From assembly GCA_003171335.1 (NCBI GenBank), contig PMYD01000089.1, positions 34,958 to 98,957 on the forward strand: 64,000 bases of DNA, given 5' to 3'. The DNA comes from Phycisphaerales bacterium. GTDB taxonomy: Bacteria; Planctomycetota; Phycisphaerae; SM23-33; FEN-1343. Made by a program: the position numbers and the translations under genes. The notes below the pieces were generated by a model. That model was not told the DNA's origin. It worked only from the letters and a program-made list of their open reading frames with translations, and searched no databases. Of this stretch, positions 1-10,124 are shown piece after piece (position 1 is the stretch's first letter; each line of letters opens with the position of its first letter).

Positions 1-5
1 TAAGT

Positions 6-1946
6 TTGGCGATGACCAACAACACCATCCTGGGCGGCATCAGCAACTTTGCAATCAACGATTACGGCACGGGAAACACGAACCCCGCGGTCCCCACTTC
101 CGGCAAGAAGATTGTCGTCGAGCCCGACAAGTATGAAGCGGGCCGTGCGAACATCGCCATCTACAACTATGACCAGAGCTCGAGTGTTTCGGTAAACGTT
201 TCCTCCGCCGGCCTGGTCAGCGGCTGGAGCTATGAGGTTCGCGATGCGCAGAATTACTTCGGCGCTGCGGTGACCAGCGGCACGTACACCGGCGCGCCCA
301 TTTCCATTCCGATGACCACCGAGTTCCCGGCCATGCCCCTGGCATTGGTGAATCCGCCGCTGTCCACGTGCCCGGCCTTTGGCAGCTTCGTGATTCGTGC
401 GGTGAACAACGCGCCGGTGGTTACCGTCGCCGCCAACCAGACGGTCACCCTGCCCGTCAACTCGGCGACGATCTCCGGCACCACCAGCGACGATGGGCTG
501 CCGGCCGGCCATGCCGTGACCACCGCCTGGACCCAGGTCTCCGGTCCGGCGGCCGCCACCATCACCAATGCGTCGGCCCTGAGTACGACCGTGACCTGCC
601 CGAATGCCGGCACGTACACCTTCCGCTTGACCGCCAGCGATTCGGCCCTGACCGGCTATGGCGACCAGTCGATCACGGTCGTCGACCTCAACGCCAAACG
701 GCTCATGCAGCTGAGTTTCAGCGAAGGCACCGGCCTTACCGCCTTTGACTCCTCCGGCAGCGGAAACAACGGCACGCGGACCGCCGTCGGGGCGGCGCCG
801 CTGCCGACCTGGACCACCACCGGGCCGACCGGCTTTGGCGGCGCCATGCAGTTCGACTCCAACGGCACCCACGTGGATTACGTGGGCGTGCCTTCGTTCC
901 CCCTCACCAACCCCGCCACCGGCACGAACACGGACTTCACCATCGCGTTCTGGTTCAACCCCGGCAACAGTATCGACGCCAACCACAGCAGCTACCACTA
1001 CATGTTCAGTTGGGGCGGCCTGTCCACCGCCAACAGCATTAACGTGTGGCTGACATGCGCCAGCGAGACGCCATCCGGCATTGGAATTCGCACCTTGGCG
1101 TCGGACTCGGCCGGAACCCATCTGAGCAACGATCCGCCTTGGCAGGCGCCGACTCCCGGTGACACCCTGGACGTGTATGATACGTACACTGCCGGTACGG
1201 GCACTTATGCCACCTACCATTTTGCCGATGGCAACTGGCACCATTATGCCCTGACCTTCTCGGCCACTACGGGCAGGACGGTGTACATCGACGGCAACGC
1301 CTTGATCACCGACATGAAGGACGTCGGGCATTCCGTCGTGCCCAACACCTCGAAGCTCTATATCGGCTGCCGTTGCGACACCAATAACGTCCGAAACTAC
1401 GGCGGCCAGATGGACGAGGTGATCGTGATTAGCCACGCCCTGGACGCCAACAACGTTCTGGCACTCATGCAGGTCCAGAACTTGGCCCCCACGGCCAATG
1501 CGGGGCCCAACAAGAAGATCATGCTGTGCACCACCCCCCTCATCAATTCGGTGGCGCTGGCCGGCACGATCAGCGATGATGGCCAGCCCAACCCGCCGGC
1601 CACCTGCACAGCCGCCTGGAGCAAGTTGTCCGGCCCCCCCGCGGCTGTGACGTTCGCCAACCCGGCCGCGGCCAGCACCACGGCCACATTCACCAGCGCG
1701 GGAACCTACGTGCTGCAACTGACCGCCAACGACTCCGTGCTGACCGGCACGAGCAACGTGACGGTGATCATCCTGGCGCCGGGCGACTTCAACGGCGACG
1801 GCAGAGTCGACGGCGTGGACTTCCTGAACTGGCAGAGCCATTACCCCACCACCAGCGGCGGCACCTGCGATCACGGCGACGCCAACGGTGACGGCAAGGT
1901 CGATGGTGTGGACTTCCTGATCTGGCAGTCGCATTACCACGGCTAA
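6..1946 (+). CDS. Secreted multimodular protein, 5'-truncated by the window edge: end of a beta-helix-like region, PKD-like modules, LamG/concanavalin-like domain, C-terminal dockerin-like repeat
   Basis: Frame is open to the window edge. Contains 'GT.SDDGLP...W.QVSGP...F.LTASD' PKD-like modules, LamG-like 'DGNWHHYALTF...YGGQMDEV', and two 'GD.NGDG.VDGVDFL.WQSHY' repeats. Confidence 0.75.
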   Translation: MAMTNNTILGGISNFAINDYGTGNTNPAVPTSGKKIVVEPDKYEAGRANIAIYNYDQSSSVSVNVSSAGLVSGWSYEVRDAQNYFGAAVTSGTYTGAPISIPMTTEFPAMPLALVNPPLSTCPAFGSFVIRAVNNAPVVTVAANQTVTLPVNSATISGTTSDDGLPAGHAVTTAWTQVSGPAAATITNASALSTTVTCPNAGTYTFRLTASDSALTGYGDQSITVVDLNAKRLMQLSFSEGTGLTAFDSSGSGNNGTRTAVGAAPLPTWTTTGPTGFGGAMQFDSNGTHVDYVGVPSFPLTNPATGTNTDFTIAFWFNPGNSIDANHSSYHYMFSWGGLSTANSINVWLTCASETPSGIGIRTLASDSAGTHLSNDPPWQAPTPGDTLDVYDTYTAGTGTYATYHFADGNWHHYALTFSATTGRTVYIDGNALITDMKDVGHSVVPNTSKLYIGCRCDTNNVRNYGGQMDEVIVISHALDANNVLALMQVQNLAPTANAGPNKKIMLCTTPLINSVALAGTISDDGQPNPPATCTAAWSKLSGPPAAVTFANPAAASTTATFTSAGTYVLQLTANDSVLTGTSNVTVIILAPGDFNGDGRVDGVDFLNWQSHYPTTSGGTCDHGDANGDGKVDGVDFLIWQSHYHG

Positions 1947-1961
1947 GCGAGTTTCTTCCCG

Positions 1962-2005
1962 CCAGGGCGGCGGATCCACCCGGATCCGCCGCCCTGGGGT
2001 TTTTT
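1962..2005 (+). terminator. Intrinsic terminator
   Basis: 16-bp stem ccagggcggcggatcc/ggatccgccgccctgg followed by ggtttttt, just after the stop at 1946. Confidence 0.8.
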
Positions 2006-2365
2006 GATTCCTGGAGGCTTCCGTCTGGACCCGTTGTGAGTTCCTTCCCACCCCGCCGGCGCTGGCAGCGGCCAGCCGGCGGCGATGGCGAAAGCTTTTT
2101 TGCACGCGCGTGATGGCTCGGCCCCAAATGACTGGACCTCTTCACGAGCCGATCTGTCTGTCGTAGGCGCACGGGTTATCAGTTGTCCGCCGAGGATGCG
2201 TCCGAAGGCACGATGGAGGTTGAAGCATTCCTGCCGCTTTGCCCAGCGCAAGAGGAAGGATCCCACCGTCCACCCTGCCAAAGACAGCCGTGCCAAAGGT
2301 GCGACCTTTGCGGCAGCCCTCGAAGTGATGTGTGAAACGCCGGCGTACCTCGAAAAGGATGCGAC

Positions 2366-5227
2366 ATGAAATCTGCAATCCTGCTGTCGGCCGGCGTATT
2401 GTGCATCTCCCTTCTGGTCTGCCCCGCAGTGGCCAAAGACTGGTACATCTCACCTTCGGGCCTGCCCGGCAATGCCGGCACACAGGCGTCGCCGTGGGAT
2501 ATCTCCTCGGCGCTCAATGGCAGCAAGAATGGCAGCATTATGCCCGGCGATACAGTCTGGATGATGGATGGAACCTACATCGGCGATCGCGCCGGCCTCA
2601 ACGGGAACCTGTGGGTCAAGCTGCTGGGCTCCCCCAGTGCGCACATCACCCTGCGACCTGTTCCCGGCGCGCATGCCAAGATTGACGGCGGCCTGGCCGT
2701 TGGCGAAGTCGAGAATTACGGCCAGGGAAACGTGTACACCCCCAGCGAATGGCTGGACATCCGCGATATTGAAATGGCCTCGACGCCGTGGCTGAACAAT
2801 GTCATTTCCCAGCAGTCCGGCCCCTGGCCGGGTGACATTCCCTTGCCATTTGGCGGCGCCAATTTCTTTTGCGGCACCGGCATCCGGGTGATCAACTGCG
2901 TTCTTCATGCCGGCTCGGAAGGCATCTCCTGCTGGCAGGAAGTCACGAACTTTGAGGCCTACGGCAACCTCATCTACGGCTGCGGCTGGGAGGCCCCTGA
3001 TCGCGGCCACGGTCACTGCATCTACACACAGAATGGCGACCCCAACGGCAAGTTCTACCGCGATAACTATTTATCCACTCGCTACCCCGCCGGGCAGCAG
3101 ACGATACAGGCCTATGGCAGCGGAGATGCCAATACCTCCCACTTCTGGGTCGAAGACAACATCGCCACCGATGGCGGTCAGTTCCTGGTGGGCGGCGGCG
3201 GTCCTTCCGATGACAACCACCTGCTGGGCAATATCCTCAATGGGTGCGCTATGTGGGCCGGTTACAGCTTCTCCGCCTACAACCTCAGGTACGAAGTGCG
3301 AGACAATTGGGTCGTTAATGAGAGCATTAATTACTGGCGGATTCAGAACCTGACGGCCAGCAACAACACGGTCATCAACGGAACGATCAACCTTTATCCT
3401 TATCCTGCCACGCCCAATGGGGTGGTCACGCAGGGTTCACCCGTTCCCAGCCAACCGACGATCTTCCTCAAGCCCAATGCCTACGACCCCGCGCGAGCCC
3501 ATCTGGTCATTTTCAACTGGCACAACGCAACGAGTGTCCCTGTAAACTTCGGCGGCCTGGTCGCCTCCGGCGGACCTTTCCGGCTGATGGATCCCAAGAA
3601 CTTCTATGGAACGCCCTTGTTTCAAGGCTATGCCGATGCGACCGGCAGCGCCAATGTTCCTACCGTGGATGCCAACCACAATCCCACGCTGTTCAATGTC
3701 TTCGTTGTGCTTGCCGGCGCCCTGGGCAACATGGCCCCGCAGGCGAATGCCGGGCTTGACCAGTCGGTCACGCCGCCGGCGAACACCGCGACATTGACCG
3801 GCACCGTGACCGACGACGGCCTGCCCACCGGCGCGGTTGTGACGCACACCTGGAGCCAGGTCTCCGGCCCCGCCGCCACGATCGCCAATCCTTCGGCCTT
3901 GTCCACGTTGGTCACCCTGTCGGGCGGCCCGGGAATCTACGTGTTCCGCCTCTCGGCCAGCGACACGGCCCTGAGCAGCTATGACGACTGCCAGGTCACG
4001 CTCATCGGCAATCGACCTCCCGTGGTGAGTGCTGGGGCCGACCAGCACGTCTCTCTGCCGGCGACGACGGCCACGTTGGCCGGCACGGTCAGCGATGACG
4101 GCCTGCCGCCTCCCGGCACCGTCACGTTGGCCTGGACCCTGCAAAGCGGACCCGGAACGGTCAGCTTCGCCAATGCGGCCGCCGCCGCCACGACGGCGAC
4201 GTTTTCCACGACCGGCACGTACGTGCTGCGCCTGACCGCCAGTGATTCAATCCTCCAGGGTTACGCCCAGTGCACCATCACCGTCCAGCCGCCCGGCTTC
4301 GGCGAGCAACCTTTTGCAGGGGTCCCCTGGCTTCTGCCTTGCCGCATCGAGGCGGAGAACTACGACCTGGGCGGGCAGAACGTCGCCTACTATGACACCA
4401 CCCCGGGCAACTCCGGCGGGGCGTATCGCACCGACGATGTCGACATCCGCGTCACCACGGATGTCCGCGGCGGTTACCTCGCCAAGGACATCGTCGCCGG
4501 AGAGTGGCTGAAATACACGGTCAACGTGCCCTGCCTGGGGGTCTACAGCATCAGCGTCCGCACGGCTGGAACCAACACCGGCAAGTATCTGCACATCGAG
4601 TGCGATGGCAACGACGTGACAGGGCACATCAACCTGCCCGCCACCGCGGATTGGGATAACGGAGTGACGACGACCGCGCCCAACTGTGTGCTTCCGGCCG
4701 GCATTCACATCCTCCGGGTGTACTTCGACACGAACGAGTTCAACTTCAACTGGTTCCAAATCGCCACGGTCAATGCCGCCCCAGCCGCCAGCGCCGGGCC
4801 GAACCTGAAGGTGATGATCTCCAACGCCCTGACGTTGGCCGGCTCGATCAGCGATGATGGCCACCCTAGCCCGCCGGCCGCCTGCTCGGCCGCCTGGAGC
4901 AAGCTCTCCGGGCCCGGCACGGTTACATTTACCAACCCGGCAGCGGCCCTCACGACGGCCACCTTCTCCACCGCCGGCACCTACATGTTGCAGTTGACGG
5001 CAAATGATTCGCAGTTTTCCAGCACGAGCACCACGACCGTGACCGTCCTGGCGCCCGGCGATTTCAATGGCGACGGCCTGGTCAACGGCGCGGATTTCCT
5101 CATCTGGCAGCAGCATTACCCGATGCTCAGCGGTGCGGCCGTAAGCGATGGCGACGCCACCGGCGACGGGAAGGTCGATGGCCAGGATTTCCTGGTCTGG
5201 CAGCAGAACTACAAGCCGATGCCGTAG
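2366..5227 (+). CDS. Secreted protein: right-handed beta-helix (lyase-like) domain, PKD-like modules, CBM6-like module, dockerin-like tail
   Basis: Signal peptide MKSAILL..AVAK; 'YISPSG..GN.GT.ASPW...PGDTV..MDGTY' N-terminus; 'RIEAENYDLGG...YRTDDVDI...GEWLKYTVNV' CBM6-like segment; two GD.NGDG repeats. Confidence 0.75.
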   Translation: MKSAILLSAGVLCISLLVCPAVAKDWYISPSGLPGNAGTQASPWDISSALNGSKNGSIMPGDTVWMMDGTYIGDRAGLNGNLWVKLLGSPSAHITLRPVPGAHAKIDGGLAVGEVENYGQGNVYTPSEWLDIRDIEMASTPWLNNVISQQSGPWPGDIPLPFGGANFFCGTGIRVINCVLHAGSEGISCWQEVTNFEAYGNLIYGCGWEAPDRGHGHCIYTQNGDPNGKFYRDNYLSTRYPAGQQTIQAYGSGDANTSHFWVEDNIATDGGQFLVGGGGPSDDNHLLGNILNGCAMWAGYSFSAYNLRYEVRDNWVVNESINYWRIQNLTASNNTVINGTINLYPYPATPNGVVTQGSPVPSQPTIFLKPNAYDPARAHLVIFNWHNATSVPVNFGGLVASGGPFRLMDPKNFYGTPLFQGYADATGSANVPTVDANHNPTLFNVFVVLAGALGNMAPQANAGLDQSVTPPANTATLTGTVTDDGLPTGAVVTHTWSQVSGPAATIANPSALSTLVTLSGGPGIYVFRLSASDTALSSYDDCQVTLIGNRPPVVSAGADQHVSLPATTATLAGTVSDDGLPPPGTVTLAWTLQSGPGTVSFANAAAAATTATFSTTGTYVLRLTASDSILQGYAQCTITVQPPGFGEQPFAGVPWLLPCRIEAENYDLGGQNVAYYDTTPGNSGGAYRTDDVDIRVTTDVRGGYLAKDIVAGEWLKYTVNVPCLGVYSISVRTAGTNTGKYLHIECDGNDVTGHINLPATADWDNGVTTTAPNCVLPAGIHILRVYFDTNEFNFNWFQIATVNAAPAASAGPNLKVMISNALTLAGSISDDGHPSPPAACSAAWSKLSGPGTVTFTNPAAALTTATFSTAGTYMLQLTANDSQFSSTSTTTVTVLAPGDFNGDGLVNGADFLIWQQHYPMLSGAAVSDGDATGDGKVDGQDFLVWQQNYKPMP

Positions 5228-5468
5228 CGAATTTCAGGCCCCAGGGTCTGATGGGAAGACTCGCATGAACGAATAGTGGCGCCGCTGAGCCTGCCACGTG
5301 ATTCGCAGGCGAGGGAGCGTACGCTTGAACGTAGAGCCGTTACACATGGAGTTGCGTTTTCCTGACCTGTCACAGAAAGAGTCCCGAACTGGCGAAAGCC
5401 GTGGTATAATGTGGTTTACAACCTTCAGGCAGTAAGCCCGCCTGCACGCAACGAAGAAGGAGGAGGTT

Positions 5469-8400
5469 ATGTTCCGATCCGTGACCCTCATGAGCTTGTC
5501 GATGCTGCTGATTGCCCTTACGAACGCCCCGCCGATGGCCGGCGCGGCTATTGTGCTGAATGAGGACTTCGACAGCGGCGGCTTGAACGTGCCCCTGTGC
5601 ATAATCAATACGAGCAACCCCTCCCGGCCCGCCATCACCCTGGCCGGCCGGTATAACTGGCCTGAAGACCCCAGCCAGTGGGCGTGGATGATGTTCTCCA
5701 TGACCGGGGCAAATGCCACCACGCCCCAATTCACCGTGTTGGCAAGCAATATCGGCGGCGGGGTTTATTACCCAGCGAGCTGGACACGCTATGTCTACAG
5801 CTATGACCAGCAGAATTGGTTCTTCTTCGACAACGGCTCGCTGAATTCCGGGTCGCTCATTTACAGCTTCAGCAACAATTCCGCGTTCAATCAGAACACC
5901 GTGTATGTCGCCCTGGGCATTCCTTATCCCTGCTGGCGGACCGCGGCGTTCGTGGCCTCCATCAAGAGCAATCCCTACGTGAAACCCACCGCCAGCGCCG
6001 ATGCGAATTGCATTGTCGGGAACACCCCTGGCACCTACGGGCACGACGCCAACGGCAATCTGTATTACGATGACATGGGCCGAGTGGTCCCGTCCATGCC
6101 CGTTTTCGGCTTCATGATCAACGACGCCAACGCCACCGGCCCCAAGACCCGCGTGGTGATGCAGAGCGGCAACCACGGCGCTGAGCACTGGGCGCATTAT
6201 GCCCTGGAGGGTATGGTCCAGGCGCTGCTGTCGAACGATCCGAACATGGTCGCCCTGCGGCAGAAGGCGATCTTCTTCATCTATCCGGACGTCAATCCGG
6301 AAGGCAATTACTGCGGCTACTGGCGCTCGACGCCCGTCAACCCGGGTAACCTTCCTGGTCTTACCGCGGACCACAACCGGCTCTGGGCCGACCCCAACGG
6401 CCTGGCCGTCGGCTTTGGCGGTCCCACCAGGAATCCGGAAATTGCCATCGTCGAGAACGCCCAGCGCGCTGATGCTGGAAGCGCCGAATACTTCCTCGAT
6501 GTGCATGGCACCTGGGATCCCACTTCAGGTCCGGATTATCTGAATCTCACCTCCTACAATTCCGCCTTGGCGAACAACCTTCGTCTGATTGATCCGGGCG
6601 ATATCGGAGCGGAAACTTACTGGGGCGATCTGCGGTTTGCGATGGGGTACGCCTCGGCGCCGGTTTCTACCGGCGGCCTGGCCGCGGTCACCAGCCTCAC
6701 GCCCGAGATCGGCATGAAGGCCGGAGAGACCGCCGACTATAACCGGCAACTGGGCAAGTACTATATGATGGCCCTGTACGCCACGCTGAACGCCCCGGGT
6801 AACAATTTTCCCCCGACCGTCAGCGCCGGCGCCAACCAGACCATCCACCTGCCGACAAACACGGCAAGCTTGGCCGGCACCGTCAGCGATGATGGCCTGC
6901 CGACCGGCTCGGCCGTCACCGTTACCTGGAGCAAGGTCAGCGGCCCGGGCACGGTCACCTTCGCCAACGCCAGCGCCGCGGCCACCCGGGCGACCTTCTC
7001 GACCTCGGGCACCTACATCCTCCGCCTGACCGCCACGGACACGGCTTTGCCGACCTTCGCGCAAATGCAAGTCACGGTAGCCTCGGGCAATGCACCCCCT
7101 GTAGTCAACGCGGGAGCCAACCAGAGCATTACGCTGCCCATCAACACCGTCAACCTGGTCGGTACGGTCAGCGATGACGGTCTGCCCACCGGGGCGGCCG
7201 TGACGACCACCTGGAGCCGCCTGGGCGGCCCGGGCAGCGTCACCTTCGCCAACCCCAGCGCCTTGAGCACCACAGCCACGTTCTCAACGGCGGGCACCTA
7301 TGTATTGCAACTAGCGGCCAGCGACACGGCGTTGACTGGCACCAGCAACCTGCAGGTTACGGTTATCCCCGCGAATCAGGCTCCCGTAGTTAATGCCGGT
7401 GCGAATCAGGCCATCACGCTGCCGGTTAACACCGTCGCGCTGGCCGGTACGGTCAGCGATGATGGTCTGCCCACCGGGGCGGCTGTGACGACCACATGGA
7501 GCCGCCTCAGCGGTCCGGGCAACGTGACCTTCGCCAACACCAGCGCCTTGAGCACCGCGGCCACGTTCTCAACGGCGGGCACGTACCTGCTGCAACTGGC
7601 GGCCAGCGACACGGCTCTGACTGGCACGAGCAATATTCAGGTTACGGTTGCCCCCGGCGTTAATCAGGCTCCGGTAGTCAGCGCCGGTGCTAACCAGGGC
7701 ATCACGCTGCCGATCAACACCGTTGCGCTGACCGGTACGGTCAGCGATGACGGCCTGCCCTTCGGGGCGGCCGTGACGACCACATGGAGCCGCCTGGGCG
7801 GCCCGGGCAGCGTCACCTTCACCAACGCCAGCGCCTTGAGCACCACAGCCACGTTCTCAACGGCGGGCACGTACATGCTGCAACTGGCGGCCAGCGACAC
7901 GGCTCTGACTGGCACGAGCAACATGCAGGTTACGGTTGCCCCCCCGGGTAATCAGGCTCCCGTGGTCAGTGCCGGTGCGAATCAGACCATCACGCTGCCG
8001 GCCAACACCGTCGCGCTGGCCGGTACGGTCAGCGATGACGGACTGCCCACGCCTCCCGGCGCCGTCACGCTGGCCTGGACCCTGCAAAGCGGGCCCGGAA
8101 CGGTCAGCTTCGCCAATGCGGCCGCCGCCGCCACGACGGCCACGTTTTCGACGGCCGGTACGTACGTGCTGCGCCTGACGGCCAGCGACACGGCGTTGAC
8201 ATCGTATGGCCAGTGCACAGTCGTGGTGCAGCCGCCAGCGTCGCCGTCGCACGCAGAACGCATCCTGATTGATGTCGGTGACCCAACGACCGGCAGTGGC
8301 ACGGGTTGGAACAATTTCACCGTACATCCTCACTGGTCTGGCACTCCGGGCGTGGACCAGGATGGTTACGATGTGTACCTGCAAGAGCTTGCTCCTGGCG

Positions 8401-9335
8401 CCGTGGTTGACTCCAACAATGCCAATCTTCCCGGCGTGGCGTTCGGCGTCTCGAACCTCGACGATGTCAGAACCAATTCCGGCACGGCCAACAGCTACAC
8501 CGTGGATGGTCTGACCTATCCCCTCACCGCAACCGAGGACATCGCCCAGAGCGTTGACGCGACCCAAGGCGATATTAATGGCCCAACGACCGGTTACATG
8601 GCCAGACTCATCATCTCCGGCCTGACCGGCTCGTCCTATAATGTCCGCCTGCTGAGCGCGCGCGACAGCGGTGGCACTCGGTTGGGCTACTTCCGCATCA
8701 ATGGCGGCGCCATCCAGTCCGTTGACTCGGGCAATGCCCCGGCCCTTTTGACCTTCCCCAAATGTGCTCCGGCCGCCATTACCTGCGGCCAGACGAACCT
8801 TTCAAACGCCATCGAAGTGGAGTTCTGGGGCACAGTCGGTGGTACCGTGGACCTGAACCTGATCGATATGGTTGCCGTTCCCTCCAACACTCCCCCGACG
8901 GTCACCGCCAGCGCCGTGTACCCCAAAGTCATGATTCCCAACGGCCTGTCTCTGAGTGGCACGGTCAGCGATGATGGCCTGCCCGCCGGCAGCACGGTCA
9001 CGGTCGCCTGGAGCGAGGTCTCCGGCCCCGGCAACGTGACCTTCGCCAATCCGACCGCTACCAGCACGATGGCCACCTTCTCCTCGGCCGGCACCTACGT
9101 GCTCCAGTTGGCGGCCAGCGACACGGATAAGACCGGCACGGGCAACGTGACCGTGACCGTCCTGGCCCCTGCCGATTTCAACGGCGATGGCAAGGTCGAC
9201 GGCGTGGACTTCCTGATCTGGCAGAGCCATTACCCCACCGCCAGCGGCGGCAAGCCGGAGAGCGGCGATGCCAACGGCGATGGCAAGGTTGATGGCGTGG
9301 ACTTCCTGATCTGGCAGTCGCACTATACCGGGTAA
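5469..9335 (+). CDS. Secreted M14-family zinc carboxypeptidase with PKD-like repeats and dockerin-like tail
   Basis: Strong RBS aggagg and signal peptide. M14 motifs HGAE, NPEG, HNR, DVHG and TPE. Six ~95-aa PKD-like modules and a duplicated GD.NGDGKVDGVDFLIWQSHY tail. Confidence 0.8.
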   Translation: MFRSVTLMSLSMLLIALTNAPPMAGAAIVLNEDFDSGGLNVPLCIINTSNPSRPAITLAGRYNWPEDPSQWAWMMFSMTGANATTPQFTVLASNIGGGVYYPASWTRYVYSYDQQNWFFFDNGSLNSGSLIYSFSNNSAFNQNTVYVALGIPYPCWRTAAFVASIKSNPYVKPTASADANCIVGNTPGTYGHDANGNLYYDDMGRVVPSMPVFGFMINDANATGPKTRVVMQSGNHGAEHWAHYALEGMVQALLSNDPNMVALRQKAIFFIYPDVNPEGNYCGYWRSTPVNPGNLPGLTADHNRLWADPNGLAVGFGGPTRNPEIAIVENAQRADAGSAEYFLDVHGTWDPTSGPDYLNLTSYNSALANNLRLIDPGDIGAETYWGDLRFAMGYASAPVSTGGLAAVTSLTPEIGMKAGETADYNRQLGKYYMMALYATLNAPGNNFPPTVSAGANQTIHLPTNTASLAGTVSDDGLPTGSAVTVTWSKVSGPGTVTFANASAAATRATFSTSGTYILRLTATDTALPTFAQMQVTVASGNAPPVVNAGANQSITLPINTVNLVGTVSDDGLPTGAAVTTTWSRLGGPGSVTFANPSALSTTATFSTAGTYVLQLAASDTALTGTSNLQVTVIPANQAPVVNAGANQAITLPVNTVALAGTVSDDGLPTGAAVTTTWSRLSGPGNVTFANTSALSTAATFSTAGTYLLQLAASDTALTGTSNIQVTVAPGVNQAPVVSAGANQGITLPINTVALTGTVSDDGLPFGAAVTTTWSRLGGPGSVTFTNASALSTTATFSTAGTYMLQLAASDTALTGTSNMQVTVAPPGNQAPVVSAGANQTITLPANTVALAGTVSDDGLPTPPGAVTLAWTLQSGPGTVSFANAAAAATTATFSTAGTYVLRLTASDTALTSYGQCTVVVQPPASPSHAERILIDVGDPTTGSGTGWNNFTVHPHWSGTPGVDQDGYDVYLQELAPGAVVDSNNANLPGVAFGVSNLDDVRTNSGTANSYTVDGLTYPLTATEDIAQSVDATQGDINGPTTGYMARLIISGLTGSSYNVRLLSARDSGGTRLGYFRINGGAIQSVDSGNAPALLTFPKCAPAAITCGQTNLSNAIEVEFWGTVGGTVDLNLIDMVAVPSNTPPTVTASAVYPKVMIPNGLSLSGTVSDDGLPAGSTVTVAWSEVSGPGNVTFANPTATSTMATFSSAGTYVLQLAASDTDKTGTGNVTVTVLAPADFNGDGKVDGVDFLIWQSHYPTASGGKPESGDANGDGKVDGVDFLIWQSHYTG
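6802..8235 (+). repeat. Five tandem ~285-bp intragenic PKD-like module repeats
   Basis: Recurrent 'gg(c/t)ac(c/g)gtcagcgatga(c/t)gg.ctgcc' and 'gccagcgacacggc' blocks at ~280-290 bp period. Confidence 0.85.
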
Positions 9336-9391
9336 CAGCCTGATGAGAGACCGGCGCTGACGGCGGACTAAATCAGAACCGTCGCGTGTCC

Positions 9392-9434
9392 AAAAAGAGA
9401 GACCCGCAAGCTCTGGACTTGCGGGTCTTTTTTT
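9392..9434. terminator. Bidirectional intrinsic terminator between the peptidase gene and tRNA-Gln
   Basis: A-tract, stem agacccgcaag/cttgcgggtct, then T-tract, between convergent genes. Confidence 0.85.
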
Positions 9435-9439
9435 GCGAT

Positions 9440-9510
9440 CTGGGGAACTAGGATTCGAACCTAGACTAACTGATCCAGAGTCAGTTGTGCTGCCGTTACA
9501 CTATTCCCCA
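9440..9510 (-). tRNA. tRNA-Gln (anticodon CTG), CCA not encoded
   Basis: Reverse complement TGGGGAATAGTGTAACGGCAGCACAACTGACTCTGGATCAGTTAGTCTAGGTTCGAATCCTAGTTCCCCAG folds as a cloverleaf with GTTCGAATC T-loop and CT-CTG-GA anticodon loop. Confidence 0.95.
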
Positions 9511-9661
9511 GTAAGGCTTAGGGGTCGCACGGCCGACACCAAAAGGGGCGTCAGCTGGACGCCCAGAGACACCAGAAGTGTAGTCATCCTGGCGGGCAAG
9601 TCAAGTATCTGGCCGCGGCAGGTGGACAGCTTTGAACTGGCCCCGTTCCGGCAGCCGACCC

Positions 9662-10009
9662 CTATGCGGCGACCGCGATGATGGGTTCGTCGGCGCAGAG
9701 CGTGGCCATGGGCCGTTCGAATTCGATGCCCAGCTGGTGCATGCCGTCGGCCATGTGGCACCGGCGAATGATGCCGCAGATGTTCCGCACGCTCATGCCG
9801 GCTCCCGGCAGGCGGACCATGACCCGCTGGCCCGGGTAGTGCCAGCGGCCCGCCAGGGCGCCCAGGCCCCCGCGGCTGATGTCTACCATTTCAACCTGTT
9901 CCACCACGTCCCCGCCGTCGGGGTCCAGGCGGGTTAATTGCACGGGCATGCGAACTTGCGTCCGCGGGTACAGCCGCCGCTCGGCCAGCAACGTTTCAGT
10001 GCCTAGCAT
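9662..10009 (-). CDS. PilZ-domain protein
   Basis: RxxxR (ERRLYPR) and DxSxGG (DISRGG) motifs, C-terminal 'LGIEF'. Start set at MLGTET. Confidence 0.85.
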   Translation of the reverse strand: MLGTETLLAERRLYPRTQVRMPVQLTRLDPDGGDVVEQVEMVDISRGGLGALAGRWHYPGQRVMVRLPGAGMSVRNICGIIRRCHMADGMHQLGIEFERPMATLCADEPIIAVAA

Positions 10010-10124
10010 ATTTCGCGCTCCACGAGGGATTTGCCTCGTTGGTCGCATCGACCGACCAGAGGGGCAACTTGATTTGTGCGTAACGGTTTTGCGGTCTGTA
10101 GGGTTGGCCCTGTAGAATGCGACC

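Noticed and set aside
6..9510. Genomic island integrated at tRNA-Gln
   Set aside because: No integrase or duplicated tRNA 3' end is visible in the window, and the composition resembles the host.
9433..9681. ORF 'MRSGELGFEPRLTDPESVVLPLHY'
   Set aside because: Antisense translation of the tRNA-Gln gene.
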